In this document: positions 52,400 to 64,000 of the stretch, piece after piece
How positions within the stretch are numbered: position 1 is the stretch's first letter
Layout: each line of letters starts with the position of its first letter
NCBI GenBank assembly: GCA_030265395.1
Contig: JARFYF010000112.1
Coordinates: 69,139,837-69,203,836 of the forward strand
Source of the DNA: Rhina ancylostomus
Taxonomy: Eukaryota
Length of the DNA stretch: 64,000 bases
Direction: 5' to 3'
Translations under genes and position numbers: made by a program
The notes under the pieces: generated by a model
The model's database searches: none
What the model was told of the DNA's origin: nothing
What the model saw: only the letters and a program-made list of their open reading frames with translations

Positions 52400-54200
52400 C
52401 AGTCGCAACAATTTCTAATCCCTCTCACGGTCTCTCTCCCCCACCCTCCTTGATTTTTCTCTTACCCCTCGTAAAAGGAGGCTGATGCACACATAGAACC
52501 ATAACCTGGTACTGGAGCCGACCCTGGTGGGAGGGGTTACTTACCAGCTGACTCCGGTATGCATCCGACTGCCCTGTCATCTTGGAGAAGTGNNNNNNNN
52601 NNACAAAAAGTGGGAAAGAAAAAGGCAGAAGAACGTGGAAAGAAGCTGGGAGCAGCAAGACGGCCGCTCCGAGCCCTTACAGCAGCACACTGAGAGCTGG
52701 AATCGGTATATCCAACTTCTGAAACGACACAATTGCAGGAAAGCAACTCCTCCCACTTTACCTCGCTGACACAAAGGGAGCCGAGCGAGCTGCGAGGTTC
52801 AGCGGCGCACTGGAACCCTGCTGAGAAGGGCTATTTCCTTTATCCTCTCTCATGTACATTTAGTGGGAAAAGCCACAATAAACCACTTGTTAGTTACTGA
52901 GACCACCGCCTCCTACAGCTAATAGGATTTATCTCCTGACCACTAGTTTGGGAATACTGAAGCAGTCCCGTTCCCCAGCCCGCGTTTGTAATTTCCATGA
53001 TTTAAAAGCCAGCAACGATTTCTGACACTATTCCACTCTTGCAGTGCTGTGGATTTTAGTTGTTGTTTACATATTGCAGAGGATGAATCGCAAGGGGGAT
53101 GCTCGATAGCTAAAATAGTAGACGTAACCAAGGGCTCATTTGATGGTTACTTTTGAGTTACCTATTCTCCAGTGGAATATTACAATTTCCTTATCAATGC
53201 CTAATGACATTTGCTGCCGAATGCATATGGTTGGGCTGTAAGAGCAAAAACACCTCCATTATTGAAGAGTTAGTTGGTACTCATGCATGAACTTAACCCA
53301 GTAAGTTTATTAGAAGGGCCGACTCAATTGTACTCCGAAGAGTTCGCATCTCCAGGGGAGGGGAATCTAATGAGTTAAAGTAAAACACGGTAAATCATAA
53401 GTTCCAGATAATACGATAAAAAACCCTACAATGTGTGCCAGAAACAAGTCCGCTGAGAAGACTGGAGGGGGCCCAACTATTTTTATAGCCAATACTGTTC
53501 AATATTGTTATAGAGACTGTTGTCCAGAAAATGAACCCACTTGGACTTGGGTTTTATATACAGTTTGTGCATAAAAACTATTTTGTACAAATTTTATCAC
53601 GGTAGTGATCACTGCCACGTCGATCAGCGGCCATCGGGAAATTGGCCTGGGCGCTTCCATGCGCCATTCACTGGAGCGCATTCGAATTTGCCTGATTTCG
53701 CTTGCGCATCTCAGCACGTTATCCGGCGCAGGGCAGTCATTTCTACATTTGCAATCAGAAATTAGCTGTTAAAAGCGTGACATCAACAAAATAAGAACAA
53801 ATCTCGCAGCAGACAGAAAAAGGGCATGATTTAAAGGGCCAATGTGTTGCTGTTGTTCTGTCGATGAATTATTGCCTGCCTCTGCCAGTCTCGGTTTTCA
53901 TTTCTCGGCCATCATTGCTGAGTGGCCCCATTACCTCCTGCAGCATATAAACGCGCTGAAATCTTCATCGGTGCGATGAGCTTGTGGCATTTGGCGTACT
54001 TGTGGTCCGGGATTTGAGATGGGAAGATGGCCATTCACACACAGGACATGTGTTCCCACCTTCACTGTGATATTCCTCACCTCCATTGCAGCGTTTCTGA
54101 AACTGCTCCACGACCCCCATGTAGAGGTTCTTTAAGGCTCTGACTCACATTTCGTGTTTGAGAGCGGCAGTAACGCAACAGCTGGCAATTTCCTGATTTT
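52400..54200. promoter_or_regulatory. CpG-enriched, repeat-poor region; probable MID promoter / CpG island
   Basis: CG dinucleotides are visibly dense (gagccgagcgagctgcgagg, cagcggcgcac, cgtcgatcagcggccatcggg, ccggcgcagg) against a CpG-depleted background; CCAAT motifs near 53489 and 53839. Judged by eye, not computed. Confidence 0.6.
52545..52850 (-). other. Candidate upstream (first) exon of the MID gene; its 5' start (high-coordinate end) is uncertain
   Basis: Consensus donor CTG|GTAAGT on the minus strand (plus-strand acttac at 52539-52544), within a CpG-rich zone ~16 kb upstream of the coding exon. Contains aagATG at 52580. A second possible donor GAG|GTAAAG lies at 52762/52761. Confidence 0.55.
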
Positions 54201-54489
54201 TGTTTCCAGGGATCCTGACCAGCTGCTGGTACTAGATCCAGCATCCATTTAATGGACCAAAAACAAATGAGTGAGTCCCTATTTTCATGCAGCATGACCC
54301 TATTTCTCCCAGTGTTGGTTCTGAGACAAATGCTGGCTGGAACAGAAGAAAATTGCTTTAGTTTAGTTTAATTTGGCATCAAGATTGGCGCATAGTGAAC
54401 CAAAGGCTGTTCCTGTGCTGTACTGTTCTATGTTCTAAAACTTCTTGCTGTTCTTCAAATAGTGCCATGGGATTATTCTGGCTTCTGCC

Positions 54490-54600
54490 TTCTTCCTTTC
54501 CAGTCCTGATGAAGGATCTTGACCCGAAACGGTGACTGTTTATTTCTCTCCATTGATGCTGCCTGACCTGCGGAGTTCCTCCAGCATTTTGTGTGTGTGT
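54490..54600 (+). mobile_element. Penelope-like terminal repeat containing a minimal type-I hammerhead ribozyme motif (probably inactivated)
   Basis: CAGTC-CTGATGA-aGGatcttgaCCc-GAAAC-ggt-GACTG at 54501-54538, followed by the family tail gatgctgcctgacctgc.gagttcctccagcattt. Confidence 0.7.
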
Positions 54601-56049
54601 TGTATCAGTTGCCAGAATCTCAGTTTGATCTGTTATTCAAGTGAATAACTCTATGAATAATTGTACTGCCTATATGCTATACCATTGTCAATACCTAATT
54701 GATGCCCAGGGTTTGGCATAGCACACCTGGGTAGCCAACTAGATATCTTTTATATCTGTCACCATTATATGGTGAATTGAACAAGATAGCATCATGTGAC
54801 CATTTGAGCCACATATCTTCCAATTAATAAATAAGCGGATGGCCTAGGCCGCATTTCAGTTCCATAATGATTGGCCATGATAGTCCATCTGAGTGCAGGA
54901 GCCTGGCATTAATTTTGAGCTACATTTTAATTTAGTGGTTGTAATATGGTATATAATGCTTTATACTATTTTTCTGTTCAAATCATGTGAATCATCCTTA
55001 AAAGCCTGCTGTCTTTCAATATCCAGCATAAAACTGCTTGATTTTGTTTTATTAAGGTTACTCTTAATGGAATTTAAGGAAGTAGCCACAGGGTAGCATG
55101 TGATAAGATTCTGAATGGGATAGGCTGAGTTACAATAAGTATAGCCCACAGGTCTGAGAATATTTTATATGGAATAGCACTTGGACTGTAGTTGTTACAC
55201 ACAAGATAGCACAAATATTGGTATATTTCATGCATTATAGTACACAGGCCACAACTATTATGAGCAGCAAAATAAAAAGAGTAGAATGCATTACACAACA
55301 GATAACACGGAAGTTAATGATGGTTTATACAGGGTAGGATACCAATTAGGCTGCATTAGATATAATTATCATCTGAATCCCAAAATGTTTTGTTATACAT
55401 GAGATGCCAATTTATTTGTTACTCCATGCACAAGAAGCATCAAGTTACAACAATTTGTAATAGGTTATTTTTCTTAAGTCTTGGTTTACAATTTATCATT
55501 TTGAGATTCAATGGTCTATCAGTTGTAAAGAAAAAGGAAATTTATCTAGGGCCTCTCATGACATTTCAAAGTGTTTACAGTTAATGAAATATTTTGAGAT
55601 GTTGTATCTACTCTTATGGCTTCTTCACTCAGAGTCAGAAGGTTCAGATTTCAGTAGACTTGTGCACAATAACCCAGGTGGCTCTAAAACAATAGAAATA
55701 AGGAAAGATTGTCAGCAGTCTTTTTTTCAGATGAGGCAATAGATCAAATCCCACTTGCTTTCAGAGGTATCTAGAATCCCATTGCATTATTTGAAGAGGA
55801 ACAGGGAGCTATTCCTATTGTCTTGGCCAATGTTTATCTCTCAGTTATGAACAGAATATTTGGACAATATCTCATTACTATTTGTTGGTCTTGGTGCAAA
55901 TTGCAATGTACACACTGAGATTATACTGCCACAATGACTACAGTTCAAAATTACTTAGTTAGGTCTGAACTTTGTGGGTCCTGGCGAAAGTAAGTCTCTT
56001 TTTCCAAAAGTAGAAAACATGCTAGCTGATTTCTTCCCATCCAGACAAT

Positions 56050-56470
56050 GTTGAGGCATGGGCCAGTTTGTGGCAATTACTGCACAAGCATTGGGCAACA
56101 ACCATGTCCAACAAGTGAGTCGAACTACCTATCCTTTATGCTTGATAGCTGTGCATCCACCAGCATCAATAATCAAAGGGTGACCATTGACCAAAGACAT
56201 ATTATGAACGTGGTATTGTGTCTACAAGAGCAGTTTAAACTGACTCTATATGACAACAGCACATCTCAGATGTGCATTGGAATGCTCTCCACCTGCCTGG
56301 ATGAGAGCAACCTCCAAGTACACACCTCAATACCATCCAAGACAAAGTAGCATGATTGATTAGTGTCCACCCTATCACCCTCACTATTCACTCACTACTG
56401 CTGCACCACAGTGTGTATCATTTACAAAATGCGATACAGAAACTCACTTTTTTTTAGCAGCAAACTTCCA
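56050..56470 (+). mobile_element. Decayed LINE RT 3' fragment (CR1/L2 group)
   Basis: ggaatgctctccacctgcctggatgag...ccatccaagacaaagtagc resembles the EYSP.AW and .IQDKA..LI motifs. Confidence 0.5.
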
Positions 56471-56940
56471 ACAAAACAGAAATGTGACAGTGACCAGAAG
56501 ATTTGGGTGTGGATTGAAAAAATGCATATTAACTAGGACATCATGAATAACTCCACTGTCCTTTGGTTTTGATGTAATACCAAGGAGCCTTTGATGTCCA
56601 CTGAAGGGAACAGTGGCAGCCTTATTTTAATGTATCATTGAAAGACACTTCCGACTGGTCCTTCCTCAGTCTGCACAGCCTGGAAGTTAGTGCTGAATCT
56701 TGTGAGGACATTTTGTTCCCACAACTCTGTGACACACAGACGTAAATATGTTAGCAATTAATTGTATACCTGCTCTTCTGCCCTTTTCATTGATGTGCTT
56801 TAATCAGATGCCAAAGATTTTGAACCCGTTTCTGGAAAAAAACATCCCAGTTAGCTACGTTCCAACTAGTTCAATAGCAGCACTCATTTTTTTTTGGTAT
56901 TGGACTTTGACGTCAGGCTTCCTACATTTTTAAATAAAGT

Positions 56941-59030
56941 GTCATAGAGTCACAGGCCCTTCGGCCCAGCTGGTCCATGACGACCAAGATGCCCCATCCA
57001 AGCTGGTCCCATCTGCCAGTGTTTGGCCCATAATCTTCTGAACCTTTCCAATCCATGTACCTGTCCAACTGTCTTTTAAAAGTTGTTATTGTACCTGCCT
57101 CAATCTCTTCCTCTGGCAGCTGATTCCACATCAATACCACCCTCTGTGGGGAAAAAAATTGCCTCTCAAGTTCCTATTTTCCCCTCTCATCTTAAACCTA
57201 TGCCTTATAGTTCTTGATTCCCCAACTCTGAGATAAAAAGACTGAGTGCCTTCACCCTCTCTATTCCCCTCATGATTTTATACACCTCTATAAGATCACC
57301 TCTCAGTCTCCTATGCTCTAAAAAATAAAGTCTCAGCTTGTCCAGCCTCTCACTACAACTGAGTCTCTCAAGTCTTGGTAACATCCTGGTAAATCTTTTC
57401 TCCATTCTTTCCAGTTTAATAACATCTTTCCTACAACAGGGTGACCAAAACTGAACACAATACTCCAAGTGTAGTCTCACCAGCATCCTGTATAACCGCA
57501 CCGTGACCTCCCAACTTCTATACTCGATGCCCTGATTTATGAAGGCCAGCGTGCCAAAAGCCTTCTTCACCACCATGTCTACCTGTGACTCCATTTTCAA
57601 TGAACTATGTACTTATGTTCCAAAGTCCTTCTGTTCTACAACAATCCCCAGGGCCCTGCCATTCACTGTGAAAGTCCTACCTAGATTTTTCCAAAATGCA
57701 ACATCTTGCACTTAACTGAATTAAACTCCATTTGCCATTCCTTGGCCCACTTACACAGCTGATCAAGATCCCCCTGTAATTTTTGATATCATTCTTCATT
57801 GCCCACAATACCACCTATTTTAGTGTCATCTGCAAACTTACTAATTATGCCTTGTACATTCTTAGCCAAATTGATAATATAGATGACAAATAACAATGGG
57901 TACAGCACCGACCCCTGAAGCACACCACTGGTCACGGGCCTCCAGTCCGAGAAACTACCTTCTACCATCATCCTCTGCTTTCTACCACCAAGCCAATTGT
58001 GTATCCAGTTAGCCAGCTCTCCCTGGATTCCATGCCATCCAACCTTGCGGAGCAGCCTACCATGTGGAACCTCAAAAGCCTTACTGAAGTCCATATAACG
58101 CACATCTACCACCCTGCCCTCTACAACTTTCTTGGTCACATCATCAAAAAACTCATTTGTTCATAAGACATGATCTCCCATGCACTAAGCCTTACTGACT
58201 ACCCCTAATCAACCCATCTTTCCAGATGTATGTATACCTTATCCCTCAGAATCCTCTCCAGTAACTTACCTGCCACAGATGTTGGACTTACTGGCCTACA
58301 GCTCCCAGGTTTTCCTTTTCCACCTTTCTTACACAAAGGCACAACATTTGCTAACCTCCAGTCTACCCTCCACTCGTGGCTAACGATGTTGCAAATATCA
58401 CAGCCAGAGTTCCCACAATTTCTTTACTACATCCCACAGTGTTCTTGGATATACCTCATCAGGCCCTGGTGACTTGACCGCCTTCATACCTTTTAAGACA
58501 TCCACACCTCCTCTATTGTAATGCAGACTAGTCCCAAGACCTCGCCATTTACTTTTCCTAGTTCTGAGGTCTTAATGTCTTTCTCCATGGTTAAAACAGG
58601 GGAGAAATACTCATTAAGGACCTTGCCCTTCTCCTATGGCTCCACACAAAAGTGTCCCCTTTCGTCTTTGAAGGGCCCCCGTTCTCTCTCCAGTTGCTCT
58701 TTATCCCTTTAAAATACTTGTAAAATCTATTTGGATTTTCCTTAATCTTCTCTGCCAAAGTTATCACATGCCTCCTTTTTGCCCTCCTGATTTCCTTCTT
58801 GCATACACTTCTGCACCCATTACTCCTCCAGAGATTCACTGGATCCCAGCTGCCCCTACCTGACCCGTGCCTCCTCCTTTTTCCTGGCCAGGGCTTCAAT
58901 ACCCCTCATCATTCAGGGTTCCCTCCTCCTGCCAGCCTTGCCCTTCACTCTAACAGAAACATGCAGACCTTGAGCTCTCACTATCTCACTTTTAAAAGCC
59001 TCCCTCTTGCCTGTAGTCCCTTTGCCCACA
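56941..59030 (-). mobile_element. 5'-truncated CR1-clade LINE (HER1-like), frameshifted reverse transcriptase and 3' UTR
   Basis: ORF fragments YMDFSKAF.VPHGRLL, WRPVTSGVLQGSVLYPLLFVIYI, KFADDTKIGG, LEYCVQFWSP, RRLRGDLIEVYKIMRG, IKENPNRFYKY; 3' tail with ctatgac-like repeat at ~56941. Confidence 0.92.
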
Positions 59031-59039
59031 AACAAGTAT

Positions 59040-59445
59040 TATATATCCAGATGCATCACAGCTTGGTATTGAAACTGCTCTGCCCAAGACTGCAAGAAAT
59101 TGCAGAGAGTTGTGAACAGAGCCCAGTCCATCACACAAACCAGTCTGCCCTCCACAGACTCCGTCTACACTTCCTGCTTCCTCAGAAAAGCAAACAACTT
59201 AATCAAGGACCTATCCTATCCTGCTCAATCTCTCTTCTGTCATGCTGAAGATACAGAAGCTTGAAAGCACATACTCAAGGGCAGCTTATAACTTGCTGTT
59301 AATAGACTCTTGAATGGACCTTCCATATGCCAAAGATGAGTTCTTGATCTCCCAGTCCACCTCATCATAGCCCTTGCACTTTATTTGTTTACCTGCAATG
59401 CACTCAGTAGCTATTGCACTATATTCTGCATTCTGTTTTCTTTTT
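59040..59445 (+). mobile_element. Rex1/Babar-like LINE 3' fragment
   Basis: gcatcacagcttggtat..aactgctctgcccaagactgcaagaaattgcagagagttgtgaac (CITAWY.NCSAQDCKKLQRVV) followed by a 3' UTR. Confidence 0.65.
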
Positions 59446-59879
59446 ACAACCTCAGTGTATTGGTATGGTATTATCACTTGTACTGAGGTACAGTGAGAAA
59501 CTTGTTTTGCATACAGTTTGTACAGATCAATTCACTGAGGTAGTACAGGATAAAAACAGTAACAGAATACAGAGTAAAGTGTCACAGCTACAGGGAAGTA
59601 GCCTACATTTAAAGATGCCATCTAAACATAAGTTGTTGCAGTTTGTGGTGGTGTAAGTAGTGGTGGTGCTGGTGGTGTTGCACTGAGGACCCCACCTTTC
59701 CACTACCAGTGGCCAGACACTCTACCATGCCACTTAACACCAGAGCTCCTCCTCTGTGGTACAAGTTCTGACATTGGTGGAAGGCCAGCTCTGTTTTTTT
59801 TTTAATATTCTGAGATCTTTTCTCTTATGAGGAGAGAAAGAAATGATCTTTAAAAGGGAAGAATGAGATTTGCTGCAAA

Positions 59880-60145
59880 TTATGTCCCAGAAAGAGGCTA
59901 TTCAACCCATCAAGTTCATGTCAGCTCACAGCAAAGCAATCCCATTAGATCCTATGCCCTCTCCTTATTTCCCTACATACATTATCTCCCTGCAATACTT
60001 CCATTCTCACATATCCATCAAATACCATTTGACTCTTTTTTTCCCCCCACTTAAATACCCAAAGGATCATTTACAGATGTCAATTAACCTATCAGCTGCT
60101 CTTTAGGATGTGATAAGAAATCAGAGCACCTGATTGAAACTCTTG
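59880..60145 (-). mobile_element. Truncated SINE of the same family (tail plus part of central domain)
   Basis: caattaacctatcagc..tttaggatgtga.aagaaatcagagcacc. Confidence 0.5.
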
Positions 60146-61820
60146 CAACTTGAATGAATTGATGGAGAACATTTCCTAATAGTGAATTGAGAGAGAGGGG
60201 CACGTCTTTGCATAAAGACACAGCTGAATGCAACAATGTTCACCTCTCCTGCCCTGATAAAATAATGACACCAATCACAACACTGAATCCAACAGTTTGG
60301 TACAGAGATCTTTCAGCTATGCCTTTCTTTTCCTACTATTGGCAAGCTCACTTCTTCCCACCAGGTGGGATGATTATTTCGGTGTGCCTTTGCAGCCATC
60401 AGCACGATATCCAGCATTGAATCACTAAAGAGATGCAATCTTTGTTCAGCTGCATTTTATAATTCTCCCTTCCCTTTGTTGTGTTTCCAACTTCAAAATT
60501 CATCAAATGCCAAGTTCGCAGTGTTCTTTTAAACAGTAGAAATTGACGATTGTGTGCTATCATCATGGCATTTCAACTTAATTGGCTGGGAAACATGGAT
60601 ATAATTTCCTAATGCAGTGGCTCGAATTAAAACCAATCGACTGATGCTTTGCAATAGCTTCAGGGATTCTGGCATGTTCCCAGACATCTCTGCTTGCCTC
60701 CACGCCCAATGTTTCAACACGTTAAAATTCAACCCATTATCTTTCTAATGATGTACTCAAATGGAAGCAGGGATCAAAATGTATCTTCAATTCCTTTTTA
60801 ACCACAGCTCCTGTAAATGGCATAGCTGCAATGTTTTCCAGACCAACTATTTACCAAGATCAAAGATGCATCATTTGCATTATTCATACAAGCTTTAATA
60901 GGTATCTAGTAAGATTTAGCAATGCTAACATAAAATCAGGAAACTATGATCAAGGCTTAAGTTCGACTCAGGGTGAGAGATAGAAGTATTTGTTAAGATC
61001 TAAACTTAAAGGTTTCAAGAGATAATAGATTCCATTACCTTGCTGCCACAGAGAAATAGAGTGACACAAAGGCAGATCCTGAAAAGAACCTTTAATCCAC
61101 TTTGTTGAGATGTTAATGATAATCTCTACAAACCAGCAGAAGACAAACAAACATTAAATTATTGTTCAAAAGAGAACCTAATTGTAATTATGCTGAAACA
61201 ATGCAAAATCTTATCGGCAACATCATTACTGTCATGGCATTACTAACAGTATATCAAAATATGTATTGATATATTGAAAATATAATAGGGGCCAATACAG
61301 TGTAATTCCTATTCTAATGCCACATAGAATGCAAGTTATTCTCAATATAAGGAACAGAGGTTTATGCACTCAATTCAATATAATCATTGTGCAGGGTTAG
61401 GGTTCCTCTTGGGATGCCATTGACTATTTACACATCATATTGTAAATAATATGTCAACTCTAAGATGTACCACACTGGAAGTGTTTCCAGTTTCCCAGTT
61501 ATGGTGTGACCATAAGTAGTGTGTTATCAGGCACTGACCTGCACGTGCAGTTGCATTCACAATGTATTCATCCTGTTGCTAGCTGTCATGCAAGCCGAGC
61601 TTGAAAACCCACAACAAATCAAGGGCTGACTCCTGAGCAATAAGGGCTGAATACACCCCATACAGACACAGGCGCACATACAATTTATGTCATGCTGCCA
61701 CAAAATGCAAAGGACCAGATGCAGTTTACTAAAATAACTCACACCCCCATTGCCTGGATATCTCTGGGAGGAAACCCTACATGAATCAGCTGGATAGGTT
61801 CTGAGATTTATGGCTGTCTG

Positions 61821-61927
61821 TGTCACAATGTTGAGCAAAGAGCAAGCTCGCAGAGAACCCAAATGCAACACACCGATACAAGACTGGAGTCAGGATACTT
61901 CCTCAGGACAAACACAGGCAGCAACTG
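61821..61927 (-). mobile_element. Second copy of the same LTR in opposite orientation, running into a gap
   Basis: Near-exact reverse complement of 42738-42826 (tgtcacaatgttgagcaaa...gatacaagactggagtcaggatacttcctcaggacaaacaca). Confidence 0.8.
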
Positions 61928-62026
61928 NNNNNNNNNNNNNNNNNNNNNNNNNNNNNNNNNNNNNNNNNNNNNNNNNNNNNNNNNNNNNNNNNNNNNNNNN
62001 NNNNNNNNNNNNNNNNNNNNNNNNNN

Positions 62027-62195
62027 NTTTGCCATTCATCAGCCCATTTACTCAGCTGATCAAAATCCCCCTGTAATTTTTGATAACCTTCTTCATTGTC
62101 CACTATACCACGTATTTTAGTGTCATTTGCAAACTTACGAACCATACCCTGCATATTCTTATCCAAATCATTGATACAGAAGACAAAAGACAAAT
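62027..62195 (-). mobile_element. CR1 RT fragment
   Basis: FVFCINDLD...VRKFANDTKIRGIVDNEEGYQKLQGDFDQLSKWADEWQ; similar to 57730-57890. Confidence 0.85.
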
Positions 62196-64000
62196 AGTGT
62201 GTTAATCAACTTTCTTTGTGTGGTTCCATGTTGCTATTTTTGCAAACACATCAGTCTGGCTTTGGTGCATAATGCATCTGGGTGTTGTTCCTTTCTCCAC
62301 CTGATTTCAGTTCAATCTCCAAATGGAGATGAAGGGTTTATTTTGTCGGAGAAATGAAGAATTGGAGCTATCTTGTCTGTCAATATATGCCCCCTGCATT
62401 GTTTGCAAAGTCTAGGTATTTCCAACCAGGTTGCTTGCTAACGGATAGGATGTCCTACATTATGGAAGAGGTGAACCCAAGGCAATGTACCAAAATTATC
62501 ATTATTCCAACTGCATATAGCACCATAAATACTGGAAATATTGGATGTGTATTTAAGGTTTTTTCATAAAAAGTGTTTCCTCACTCTATGAACACTTTGA
62601 CAACAGGAGGAGGACCACAGATCTATTTTCAAACTTATGGTCATACTACTGGAGTAGTAGTGAATTGACTCCTGAAATGTAGAAACTGTTCCCATAACCT
62701 TCAGTTGTTTCCTTTAATGAAGCATCTTATCTCCACTTGGCACCTACTATTTTTGAATAAAGCTTAATTAGATTCTTGGTAAAATAGACCTGTTCAGATT
62801 ACCATCATGTGCCTTACCAGGAGCACAATAAGCAGGATCATTACTTCAAAGCCCATCTTTGCTGCAGATGGAGATGATTTGAAAATCTTATAATCATAAA
62901 GCATTTTAAATAGATCGATATCCTTTGGAAAATCAGCAAGCAGATTTGCCCAGTTTTCATTTGGCAATTTCTAAACAGTGTACTCATAAATTTAGCTACA
63001 TTGAAGGTAATAAGTATTAATTTATCATTAGGTGGTGAAATGTAGTATACTGAAACATTTATTTGTTTGTGCAATGTTTTAATTTATTAACACCAGATTT
63101 TTCAACACCTTATCTAATCTCACAAAATCTTCCTGTGAGGAATTTGTGAAGAAATATAAAGGAATCAAGTGAGAAGGCAATCCCATTTGACCAGCCGCCA
63201 TCTGCTTGAATTCAGGTTAAAAACTGTAGAAACGGTTCATTTGAAGAAGGTGGTGGTGGGTGTGGGGGGTTGGGGGTGGGGGGTGGGTGGTGGGTGTGGA
63301 AGAGAAGGACAATCATCTTTTGGTAAGAATAGGATGAGTTCAAATGATTCTTTTTCAGAGGGTACCTCAGACAGAAGACCACCATGACATTTATCTATGT
63401 TAAATGTACACTTGTACATATTATAAAGTGGGAATTTCTATTTGGAAAAGGCTTTGACTTGAATTAGATTCAAATTAAATAAACACTTGCAGAGACAAAG
63501 GAGATAGTGCCTGAAGTAGTTGAGATTTGTTCTGAATTGTTTGCTATAGATTTCTGATTACATCAAAATTCTGTACCTCCTAAAAGTGGTTTGTTTATTT
63601 ATTTTATTGTAAATACTATATGTAGTCCTGCTTTTATTTCAGTCCAAAATGTCTGTGGTAGGTCAGTTCTGAATTAATGAAACTGACTTGAAATTGACAA
63701 GACATTCATTAAGAGGTGGTACAGCATTGCTTTAATGAATTCTGCTTAGTTGGGCTTGTAGTTCAGTTCGTTGCCTGTCAGTTAGGGGCTCTGTTTATAT
63801 AAACCACAGTGTGACATCACTATTGCTCCACTGGGCTGTGCTTTTTTTCACTAATCCAGTAAACTGAGCAAGGATGGTGGCATTTTGACAGATGCAGTAA
63901 CTTGAACTGAGATTTCCACTGCTGGATTCTACCACATGTTTGCCCTGGGTTTACATGGCATGCAACTGACAAGAAGACCCCAGTTCATTCAGTACGTACC

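Noticed and set aside
1-64000. Prokaryotic-type systems (CRISPR arrays, operons, defence islands)
   Set aside because: The sequence is vertebrate intronic/intergenic DNA; I saw no regularly spaced repeat-spacer array or gene-dense region.

Overview
Vertebrate genomic DNA, AT-rich, with many 10-N and ~100-N scaffold gaps. The repeat complement (CR1/HER1-like LINEs, HE1/V-SINE-like SINEs, Penelope-type termini) points to a cartilaginous fish (shark/ray); this is an inference. The only host protein-coding sequence I can support is the first coding exon of a Midline-family TRIM E3 ligase on the minus strand (35917-36586; RING + B-box1 + B-box2). It is most like MID2/TRIM1 and is split by a 10-N gap that creates a false frameshift. 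A CpG-rich region at ~52.4-54.2 kb holds a likely promoter and upstream exon with a canonical donor at 52545. The rest is intron/upstream DNA filled with decayed retroelements (CR1, RTE, Rex1-like, Penelope-like, SINEs, a solo LTR with target-site duplication). Most interesting: (1) a spliced upstream ORF ([29 protein letters not shown]) that stops 2 nt before the MID start codon and appears conserved at the peptide level with the human MID1 leader as I recall it; (2) a dispersed family of Penelope-derived termini with a minimal hammerhead-ribozyme architecture. Repeat boundaries were read by eye and are approximate.
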